A stretch of DNA of 35,765 nt from Phoronis australis (Eukaryota > Animalia > Phoronida). This document shows, piece by piece, positions 25,441 to 35,765 of the stretch (the first letter of the stretch is position 1; each line of letters begins with the position of its first letter). The notes under the pieces were generated by a model, which was not told where the DNA came from, ran no database searches, and saw only the letters and a program-made list of their open reading frames with translations. The stretch spans positions 4,612 through 40,376 of the forward strand of contig NMRA01000302.1 in the NCBI GenBank assembly GCA_002633005.1, given 5' to 3'. Both the position numbers and the translations under genes were made by a program.

Positions 25441-27399
25441 AACATGGTGGCCTAGGCGGGAGACTGTATTGTCGTAAAATTTAATAATTTCTATGATAGA
25501 TCCAATACAGTAGATATCAGAGGAGTGCTCTGGATATTAGTGGAAGTTTTGGTTGCGATGTCATGGTTATTGACTATGGAAAACGAGATAGAAATTGACA
25601 GGACCAGAGGGCTTTGGAAAAATCCGTGCAGGTTAACGCATGCACCCGCCAACCATCCTCAGCTATGTTTTAGACGTGTGAGAATTATTTACAAACAACT
25701 CACAGTAACCATTTTCAAAAGAGACACTGTTCTTTGTTGAGATACTGTGGGTGTGGGAAACAGTAACATTACTTTAAAACTAACCATGGGAAATAGTCCC
25801 TTTGCGCAATTCACAAATAGCTGTCTTCACGTTCTTCAAGATTCCATCCATTCGATGGCGGTTAATCTTGTTGTATCTTTTTACATTTTTTGTTTGTTTG
25901 GGTCGAATGTCTTAAGGTTGCCCTGCTGTGCACGAATGTTTTGTGTTTTTGGTGAATTTGGAATCTGAACTTCTTTCGTGAATACCTGGCAGTGTCGGAT
26001 TTACAACTATATAGGGATAAAGGGACATTTCCCCCGAGCTGCTCCACTGAGAGCGGCTCCCGTCAAAAATGGGACACCTTACGATGAAAGGCTTAATATC
26101 ATTAAGCTTGGAAAAAGACTGACAATTCACTCCACCGTCGTGTGGTCACAAAACGATGCAGGAAGTGACCTTCTTCAGCATGAAAGCCGGTTGCACGGTT
26201 TCACAAATACAGCAAAATATAGGTAATCGATTCCAACATTTCTTCCTCTCTTCTCGAGCGGCCCGTTAAGAATTTGTCAATAAAAACACAAAAGGGTGGT
26301 CACCTGAATGCCATCAATGGCCTCCTTAAAGGGCGGTGTCCTTAAATATGAAAATATCTATACTTTCAAAAACCAGGAAATGCACAGCAATTGATGTTAT
26401 CTGTCAGGTTATCATTTTTTTCTCAATTGATATAGAGTTTCGAGAAAAATATAAAGTGAAAGTTGCCTCCATTATCCCTTGCCAGAGAGAGGCTTCTGTA
26501 AAAATATAGTTTTGCATTCGCAAAATGACTTACTGAATTAAAAATCCAGTAAATTAGTACACTCCGTAAAAGCTTACCTTTATTTTCTCTATTTTTTCGA
26601 AATATATGTACGTATGATTACGTGCACGTTTTCAAGTGCTTTAAGACGACCTGTGCTACAAAATCAGAGACTCTTACAACCATGTCAGGGTCCACAAAGG
26701 TAAACCATGCATTGATATAGAGTTGTTACCTGTTCTCCTGAACTTTCTCTCTTATCCGTATTTCGCAATCTTTCTTTTCTCGCGTGTCCCATGCCTCATG
26801 ACTATGTCGGCTGCCACGGTTTATCCCTGACGTCTGAATTTTGTTTTTTTTTGGGGGGGGGCACGTGCCCCCCGCCTCCGCTTCCTACGGCCCTGAACTA
26901 ACAGGATGATAATGATTCAAAGGTAACCCAGTATAATTGAAAAAAAAAATTATTTACAAATTCCTCAATCAGTCAGAAAGATTTGTTGAGCATGACCAGT
27001 GTCTGTTGCAGTGGGACAATGGAAGTAAAGTGTGGGCGTTTTGGCAAACTTTATTTTCGCTTTAGTATTATTATCATTTTTATTTTTGTTAGAATTATTA
27101 TTATTATCGTGATTAAACACCCACTTACCCCGATTAAGATAGTACATGATTATGCTGTATCCATAGCCTAAGTGCATTTTATAAATGGACCGCGAAAATA
27201 AGTCCACTGGCGATTGTTGGGATACTCTGATGTTCTTGGTGAAACGTCTAGGTTGTTGGTTGTCCGTGTTGTAACTTCCAGCTCTGCCAAGGCCGGTTAA
27301 GTAAGACCGTTGCGAAGTCCTTTAAAAACGACAATAACAGAGGCATAATGTAAGGAGTAACGAAGTATCTCCATGATAGCAAGTAGCAGCATATATTAA

Positions 27400-27960
27400 A
27401 GAAAATATCAACGGTTTTAACATGTTTCGGTGTCATTTATTCAACACCATCTTCAGAAGTGAGAATACAGTGGCCACCTAGCTGAGCCCACCGACAAGTA
27501 ATGAAGCACAGATACAGTCAGTTACTGGGAGTGGCAACGAACTAGACCAACAATGACAACCTGTGGTGTGCCAGTTGCCTATTGAGATTGGGCTTGCACC
27601 AACTGGTGTGTAAAGCCTCACCAAGTTTAAGCTCCTTTGTTGTTATTGCCTGGTCTATTGCTGCAAAGTCATTGAAAGAGCACTGCTGCTAACAATGATT
27701 GGAGCTTTGTAGGTGAATATTTACATGTGAATTTCTGTCAGAATTTGATGTTCCTTGGTCCTGGTTTTCAAATGGCGAACAGTTTCGCCTATATAACTGG
27801 AGCCACATCCAGCACAGATAAATGTGTATACCACCTTGGACCGTAGACCCATAGAAACTTTGTCCTTAGGGTTAAATAAATTCGACAGTTTTAGAGACTT
27901 GAATGTTAATACAACTTTTAAGTTCACACAATAATCATTCACCAATTTTCGTTGATCAAT
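27400..27960 (-). mobile_element. Penelope-like element 3' part: GIY-YIG endonuclease remnant plus 3' UTR/pLTR
   Basis: KLSNLFNPKD...RSKVVYTFICAGCGSSYIGETVRHLKTRTKEH, followed by ELKLGEALH...KPNLNRQL. Confidence 0.9.
27415..27460 (-). ncRNA. Minimal type I hammerhead ribozyme motif
   Basis: Minus strand reads actt CUGAAGA U GGUGUUG-aauaaa-UGACACC GAAAC AU GUU aaaa. Both catalytic cores are intact, stem II has 7 bp, stem III is short and palindromic (AACAUGUU), and stem I is weak. It lies downstream of a Penelope ORF. Confidence 0.75.
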
Positions 27961-27982
27961 CTTGGCGTAAAACCCAACATAG

Positions 27983-28105
27983 AATGGCTATCCCCTAGAA
28001 TTAGTTAATAGAGTACTGAAAACAAGACTCCAACGTAACCCTGATGGTGTTCATCATGTAGACAAAACTAACTACAAGTACTTTAAAATACCTTATATAC
28101 CCTAT
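27983..28105 (+). mobile_element. Inverted upstream piece of the same Penelope-like ORF (RT thumb/linker)
   Basis: Plus-strand NGYPLELVNRVLKTRL...YKYFKIPYI. The NGYP and LPY motifs directly precede the GIY-YIG linker in Penelope-like ORFs. Confidence 0.78.
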
Positions 28106-28585
28106 ACTTTTGCATTAAGTTGGAGGATTTTTTTACTTCTCTTCTTCTTTTGAAAATATGCAAGTTGCGTGTTCTAACAATATTTGCGCCATACTAGACG
28201 AAACACACTATCTTCCTAAAGAAAAGCCATGTAATAACGATTTGCTCCTATTATTCAATTTCCAATAAGCAAACGCAAATTGTTTCCACCATGTACTTAC
28301 AATAGGCAAAATTAAAATTGAAAATCTGATTTTTTCAATGTCGTCTTTCCAACTTGTAGAACCAAAATTGAAGAAAAAACAAATTCATCTTACATTAATT
28401 CACGTCCGTTTCCCGTGTTCGCCATTTAAGTTGGTGATTTTGTAGATGGTGTTTTTTTTCGATGTTATGACGAATGTTGAATCACTCACAATTACAAAAA
28501 CAAACAAACAAATAAGTACACCATTAATTCACGCATGCACACCTCAGGAAGACCATTCTCATATCTCGTTTAAAGTAAATATCTT

Positions 28586-29936
28586 CTACATGAAGTTAAC
28601 ATGAACAGTAAAATTTTCCCATTTCGCAGAGAAGCTGTCATATACAAAGTTTTTATGTGCATTTAATTTTTCAGCATTATAGTATTCATAAGTTTTTGTA
28701 ACGAACTTGAGAAAATTAGGTATATTTTTGTGACATCTCTCCTTGTAAATGTACTGTTTATCTAGTAGAAGCAAAATGTTAAATAGAAAATCATGCGTCT
28801 TGTAAAGTCCAAGAATAACACTATCCTTAAGACAGACAGCTGGGAAGCTGAATGCCACACTTTTGAGGTAGCTTTCTGAATTCCTTCCAGAAATCTTGTA
28901 CAAAGCTATATTCCCAAAAAAGGTGTGACAGCGTCTCTGGAGCTTTATTACAAAAGGAACATAGATCAGAATCCCTAACACATATTTTGACTAAAAAAGG
29001 TATTTGTTGCAATAATTCTATGTAGTATTCTAAATTGGAACAATCTAATATGGGGATCCATTGTAATTTTGTAACGTAAAGCATATGTTTTCTTCCAATC
29101 TAAACTAGCTCTATTTCCCATTTACACTCTGACTTAGGTTTCTTAACGTTATTAAAGACTGAACAAATATGTCTACAACCCTTCAAATCTTTCCGTAAGT
29201 GAGTAATTGCTAAAGGCATGCAAGGAGAGTGGACATTAACACTTTTAAATTTACTTTGAAATAGACTTTTTTGAAACCTTCTTAGAACAGAAACAACACC
29301 TTTATATTCTACAAAGTTGGTTTTCACGTTGAACCTATTTTTCATATTGTTTAGACTAACAAAATCACCATCAGAGGTATACAGATCTCTAACAAATCTT
29401 AAGCCTTTTACAAACCAAGGCTTATAAAAAACACTTGTGCCTCCGATCGCCAAGTTACTATTAAACCACAAAGTTGGTTCAAAAAGTCCTCTTTACTTGC
29501 AACAGTTATTTTCTTGTGGAAAGATAACATACTTCCAAATACGTCGCGCCAGTAGGAATTACCAATTAGAGTTAACTTCGACTTAATAAAGTCATCTCCA
29601 CGCAGGGCTTTCAAGATATCTACAAGCCAAAGCGAGTTTTAAAGCTTTGCTGAAAGTATGCATATTAACCATTTGAATTCTCCCTTGATCAAGTCCTAAA
29701 CAGGCCGTAGTTCGTTTAATTTTATCATTACGGGCCTGCCATACAAATCAAAAAATGTCGTATTCAATTCACCCAAGACTTTCACTGGTGGATTTGGCAA
29801 ACTTGACAACAAAAAATTAAGTTTAGAAATAGCTAGTATTTTAATTACCGTCACTCTGCCAAACGGCGTTAAATTTCGTTGACTCCAACTTTTTGGTAAA
29901 GACTTGATCTCAGTTATTCTTGCAGTGAAGTTCTTA
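28586..29936 (-). mobile_element. L1/Tx1-clade LINE ORF2 C-terminal part, frameshifted; interrupted by TIR element copy 3
   Basis: WSQRNLTPFGRVTVIKILAISKLNFLLSSLPNPP; WFNSNLAIGG..VFYKPWFVKGLRFVRDL; KLQW; CSFCNKAPETLSHLFWE (CCHC-type); KQYIYK...KWENF. Stop at 28586-28588. Confidence 0.88.
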
Positions 29937-32900
29937 CAGCACACATCACGAATTTTTGTCCGACCGGTCCGAAATTGGTCGACGACCGGCCGTCGACCGG
30001 TCGCCTAGCCGACCAGCAGCCGACCAACAACGGTCGGCTAGGAACCGTCTGCTGAGTCGCCTCTGTGGTCGGCACTTGGGTCGGCTAAGTGGTCGCCTAG
30101 CTTAGACGACCAATTCGGATTAAGCGTGTCCTTGGTCGGCACTGTTACCATTTTATGACTTAGCGGGTGAGCTTTGGACAAACAAACATTTAACTGTTCG
30201 CTGTTCGTTTACCAGTGGCAACTCCGGTCTTGACATAGGTTTATCAACTTGTGTTCAACTATTGAATGGAGGTAAAATCGAATCAACCTACAAATACGAA
30301 GTGTGTGACGTTACACCAGCCTAAAACTTTATGTTGAATTTATGACGGCGTGGTAAAATCAAACGTTAAGTGATATCGCTGAAGCATAATTTCTAAAGTT
30401 AGATATGAGACTTTTTATACAGTACATTATGCACAAAAGCAAGCACGAAATTTGAAATTTACAGTAAAATTGCATAAAAATCAGAATACAACACTGGATA
30501 TTTTACGACCCCAAGTGTTTTCATGCAGCGGAATGCTCAACAAGCATCACGCATTTGCGCTCATCCCGGCGTTATTGCTCTTGATCATCACTTCATCACG
30601 ATGTATATTGCGATTTTCCACAGATAATTATTCATTATTTCTGTATAATTTCTTAATATGTTGGTACAGCAATAGAACCCAAGTTTATTTTAGGAACAAC
30701 ATAAACAATGGTATGAACATAGTGCCGATATTAAATCATGGGCGCATGAAAACGGAAGACTGTGATCGGTTTATAGTGTCATCCATCATCATTCTGAAAT
30801 TGTTGTCACTTTGGCAGAAAAAAATCTTTTCGAATTTAGAGCCTTCCTATCTAGCCAGCTAGTTGTATAAAGACTATTTTCAAAATACAGCAAGATGCCT
30901 CTGCTTATTGAGATCAAACAGACCTCGAAACTTCACACAGCCGAAAAGCTTGTATCAACATGAGCTCAAGACCGGTGGGTGTGCATGCAAAATCTGGAAG
31001 TCAATTGGCATTCAAGTTGCCCGTTACGGCGTTTTAAGCGAAAAACGTCCGACGTCATCTTCCTGCGTAATTCTCTGCCTTTTTTAACGAAAAAACGTAT
31101 GTCGTCGTTTTGAAAAAAGTTAATTGTGACACGCGCCACTTCCAAAATGTTTTCAACATCTCCCGTTAGATGATGACAACATCTCAGCAAAATTTGTTCC
31201 AAAATTCGGTTCACTGATATCAAAATTCCAAAAACATATAATGAAGTGAAACCAATTATGATCATTTGTTGTGACGTTTACGCAACCTCGAGGGAGAACG
31301 TTTGATTGAAGAATCTGGGAAAAAGAAACTGCCTAAAAGGTGACGCAATATTTCATTGGGTCAAAAGTCGACGCATAAGATCAAACCATAACTTTAGCAG
31401 CAGAAAAATTGTAGAAAACCATTTTTTGCAACGCTGGTAAATAATTAAGATTACTCTAGGAAGATTTTATTCGGTCAGTTTTTACCCACAATGGCGCAAA
31501 TTTTTATATTTAATTTAGTAAACAGCTTCGAACCAAGGCTAGATCCTTCCGAGCCCTTTGGCGTAAGAACATAATACTTGACGTTTCGAGTATACTCCAA
31601 GGGGTAAAACTTTGAAAATAATATTTTCGGTGTAACCTGGTGCATGTAATCCTAAGAAAAGTAGTCTGTGTTTTCATGTAGAGCGTTAAAGTGATTAACC
31701 CATTGATTCAAAAAGAACTCTCTCGCAAACGAAAACGCACACAATTTTCAGCTATATTGCACTGGTTAAAAAAGCAACTTCTATAAGTTTATTGCATCGG
31801 ATTCTAGTGATCACCAGGGCAAGTCAAAACTCTTAAGGGGACGCAATTTCAAACCTTTGGCATGAATCAGTGATATAAAAAAGGAAATAGACCGACTTTA
31901 GTTCATCAGCAATGTAGACACAACAGTTACAGACACTGACTGCGTTTGTTAACGTCTTGTGTCAATGTTAAAAATATTTTTTTCTACTATGATTGAAAAC
32001 AAGTTTTACTCTGATGAGGTATGATGCAATATGCATGTCTAATATGCAGATCGGCCGTAGCAAAAATATTTACTGGGTTTAATGAATCCGTTTGTTATGA
32101 ACCACTGCAAAAGTATGATTACTAATTGTACATTCGAAGCACGCCTCATTAGAATGGAAACATACACATGCTTGATGATCCTGGGAGTACCTCTATTACA
32201 GGCATGAATGAAGATTTATAGTTGTTAAGCCATAGAGTATAATAAAGCTTACAAAATATCACACTGAGCCATCTACACCAGGCATATACAAAGGATACAG
32301 TATTTCAAAAGAATCCACAACTACTCATTTTTCATAGTATTACTAAATCACGAACACCTAGATATATATAAGAAGTTACACAGAACGCTGCTACACAACT
32401 TGCTCTCCCACATTTATGGGAGGCCTAATTTGAAACATTTAACGACATATATTTTATATGCAATATTAAAACCAAGCAAAACATGTTAACTCTCCAGGAC
32501 CAAAAATAAATATCTCAAAACCAAAAATTTTACTTAAGCAGGAATTAAACAATCCAATACATTGATATTTTTTTCACACAGAAGACCAAAGAGCAAATAA
32601 AGACAAAAATCCACCACGTCAAGACTGAAAATTTATCACATCATCACCTATAATTTATCAAGTGAGGACCAAAAATTCTTCACTTCAGGATCAAAATAAA
32701 ATACGACCGAACTGAAAATTTAATAAGTCAGGTTTAAAAACTTACCATGTCAGTAAATTTCACGCCAGAACACCACGTCACCATCCCCAAGCAGTGATCT
32801 TTCAAAGTGATAATGTCCGTACTATACGTATAAACAAGGGCTATATGTTCAACCTCTCGCCGACACAGACATATTATCTTGGAAATGCGGTTGAATTTCT

Positions 32901-33242
32901 TTCGTCTAATCCAAGTTTTACAATAGATGCCAATGTATAGGTACACACTGGATTGTCATCATTGCATAATGGGTGATCACGTCGTCTCCGGGCATGAAAA
33001 CAATTCTCTCCTGGCGTGATAAGTTTTCTGACGCAATAAAGCCTGGTTGCCAATTGTTTTTGATTCTACAGAGATTTCAATTCCTGAATAGAAAATGTGT
33101 GTTCTAGATTCTTCCGCTTCAGCTTTCCATTCAGCTAACTAGTGCACAGCACAGTGTTTTTAATACGCCGTTGCGGCTCCACTGCAACGAGTCACTTCTG
33201 GTACAACCTTCCGTAAATGACGTTCGTATTTTGCACATTCAT
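29937..33242 (+). mobile_element. Non-autonomous TIR DNA transposon, copy 3 (left end plus 3.3 kb; no right TIR in window)
   Basis: TA|CAGCACACATCACG at 29935-29950. Colinear with 17418-~20732, then similarity stops abruptly after ...ttgcacattcat. Confidence 0.92.
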
Positions 33243-34277
33243 AACGCGAAGTTGTCGCGAGGACTCGATTGGGACCTCAGGGGTCTCACGCTCCACCGGC
33301 TAATTTGAAAAGGTTTTGTCCAGTCACGCATTGTGGGTAATAAATCGAGATAATGATACCAACAGCCGACGCGACAAGCAGAACTACTTTCTTTTACTTC
33401 ATTTGTGCACTAACTGGAGAAATTTAGAATTAGACTTTTAAACACTATCCGATCGTCAACTTTTTTCGGGAGACTTAAATCTCAATGTAGTTTGCGCAGA
33501 CGATGTGCAATTTTTGGAGGTGTATTGACGATGATCAACGTTAAAACGGAGAGCAAATAAGTGCGTAATTGATCATCCAATCGTTAGTTTTGCGAGAAAG
33601 CGACGACCTTGCCGAAATTGAATGACGAAACCCTTGAAAATCATTATAAGCGAGAAAGAGAAAACAAATATTTTCTGACGTTTAGGCTCATTAACTTTGA
33701 GTAAACGAAACGTCGCAAATATGTTCCGTCTTCTCTTGCGCGCTCATAATCAGATTCCTATAACTAGTGTTATGGCCAAAAACCGAGTTAGGAAACATCT
33801 AGACTAAAATCTTGATGGTATCTTATTTTGCCAGCGACCATACACGGTATAAAAATGAATGAAAAGCTGAATTAGGCGAAACTTGACTTGCTGGAATTCT
33901 CGTCAAGGAACGCATAAATATCACCATCATCTTCATGTCAAAATTGCCAACTAAAACTCGAGGGGGAGGTCACGAACCTTACATCCTGGTACGCGTTTTC
34001 GTTAACGAACTTCAAAAAATAGAGCATGGTGGATTGTTTGAAAGAGCCAAAATCCATCCAAGTCGAAGTGGCCATAAAGGAGCGATATGGAGATTTAAAA
34101 TGTGATTTATCCATTTTTTCAGTTGCTGTGTACCTAAATTAACTTGCACAGAAAAAATGACTTAGGCCTACAGTACGATTTTCTGAAACGTACCTCAGCG
34201 AAATTGTCAAAGAAAAAAGCGCCACTTGCCACCTAAAACGGACAAAAACAACCAAAGCGCTCAACGCGTCGCTTACC

Positions 34278-34392
34278 TGAAAAAGTAACTCTTTCACTTG
34301 TTGTTTGTGGTTAAACATGTGATGTGTACCCATATGAAAAAGTAACTCTTTCACTTGTTGTTTGTGGTTAAACATGTGATGTGTACCCATAT
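34278..34392 (+). repeat. Perfect 57-bp tandem duplication
   Basis: Units start at 34278 and 34335. Confidence 0.95.
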
Positions 34393-35765
34393 TTTTGGTC
34401 GTGGCCCCCTACAACGGGCTACTACTTCAAATGACACGTACATATTGTCGATGTCAAAATTTAACTGCCCCACCGGTTCCCAGGGTTTCATGTTATGTAA
34501 TTTAAAATGATTGCATAAACTTAGGAATAAATGCGATTTACAGGCACTGCGTTCACAAAGAGTTAGAAAACAAAAACCCAGCGGCATACGATCACCTCGC
34601 TTTAACAATGCATTGTGCACATTCCACATAACTAGTAGGCCACTCTTCAGATTAGTGCTTGGGCAACGAAAATAAGTGTAAGATTTCGGAATAGTGTAAT
34701 ATATATTGTACATGAGAATTTCAAACGTTAACATGACTAGTTGTTCATACTATGGGAAAAGCAATAAGGGACACAGGCACTAGCGATGATAAACTCTTCA
34801 GTATAAATGTTACACTTCACAGGATGAGCAAAACATGCACTAAGCACTGTTGAGATAACCTACCGAAATCTTTTAAACTAACAATTATAAACTCTGCAAT
34901 ATAAACAATACACTTTATACAATGAACATGTAACAAATATACACACCCAAATAGTGTTACATGCAATCCCTGATGAGATCATCCATAAGTATGAATCCCT
35001 CCATCATTCCATGTAAACAATAACTCACATGGTGAGCAAAATATTTAAAGTGGGACTTAACTATAACATAGGAACATTCAAAATTTGTGTCATAGCAGTA
35101 CAAGGTTCTACTACTTGACAAAACACCATAAGTGATATAACTGCTGAGATCACTACCTTCACGAGGAAAAGTTATCAATATAATAATATGAAACATGGGT
35201 TTGAGCAAAGTACCGGTAGGTGCACAATACTGCTATCCCTGGTGGAACCAGTCACTGAAAACCGCAATAAATTGCACACAAGATGACAATAATATGTATA
35301 CAAGAATTTGCTTTTCAAGATAACCATGTGGAAATGACAGGGTCATTGCAGAACTTAGTAAAAAATCTTCATTTCAGCCGAAAAAAACAACCATTTTCAA
35401 AACCACACCAGGAGTCACTGAACAAAAAGACAGTATGTAATTCACTTCATGAGATGCAAACAATAACTATCCTAAACTGAAAAGATCAGTCATCCAAGGC
35501 TTGAAGAATATTCAAAATAGATACACTGGTTAAGCAATAAACTAGTAACAACAATAACGGACACATGTCGCAATAAATACATCCCTAGTTTTATAGGAGT
35601 ACTAGCACTTCAATCTCAACAATGCCCATACAACACAAGCAGCTTACACATTTCCAAAACAACACAGGCAATACTGGTGTGGTACATGAATGAGGTGCAC
35701 ATACTATGCATTCATACACATGTGAGTAGGACATTCTCACTGACCACAATGGTCAACAAAGCTGC

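Noticed and set aside
25780-26030. A further THAP-like remnant on the minus strand (YSCKSDTARY...KNVKTAICEL)
   Set aside because: Too degenerate. The Zn ligands and FP/W motifs cannot be placed.
26856-26895. Palindrome GGGGGGCACGTGCCCCCC plus cctacggccctg as a terminator or E-box element
   Set aside because: Looks like a lone end of a common MITE. The partner end was not found.
27226-27252. Second hammerhead (ctgatg...gaaacgtc)
   Set aside because: The CUGANGA core is incomplete and there is no stem II.
31990-32060. CTGATGAG in the TIR element body as a hammerhead core
   Set aside because: No stem II followed by GAAA.

Overview
AT-rich eukaryotic, apparently non-genic DNA made almost entirely of nested, decayed transposable elements. 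The families suggest a marine invertebrate, which is an inference only. I found no intact host gene, rRNA, tRNA or CRISPR array. Left to right: (1) an internally deleted Kolobok DNA transposon (832-2528) with ~160-bp TIRs, TTAA-type flanks, a THAP/zinc-finger transposase 5' end and a convergent KolX/P2X7-C-like 5' end; (2) three copies of one large non-autonomous, TA-flanked TIR element (5264-8475 inverted and internally deleted, 17418-22642 with both ends, 29937-~33242 with one end visible); (3) several orphan THAP remnants; (4) a PIF/Harbinger-type relic carrying a Myb/SANT fragment and nested MITEs; (5) an Academ transposase pseudogene; (6) a CR1-group PHD-EN-RT LINE; (7) a Penelope-like fragment with a 5' inversion and a minimal hammerhead ribozyme; (8) an L1/Tx1 LINE 3' part. 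The most notable items are the locally amplified 3-5 kb TIR element whose copies differ in internal content, the Penelope inversion plus ribozyme, and the Kolobok derivative. Most ORFs in the supplied track are spurious. Coordinates were read by eye and family calls rest on recalled motifs, not searches.
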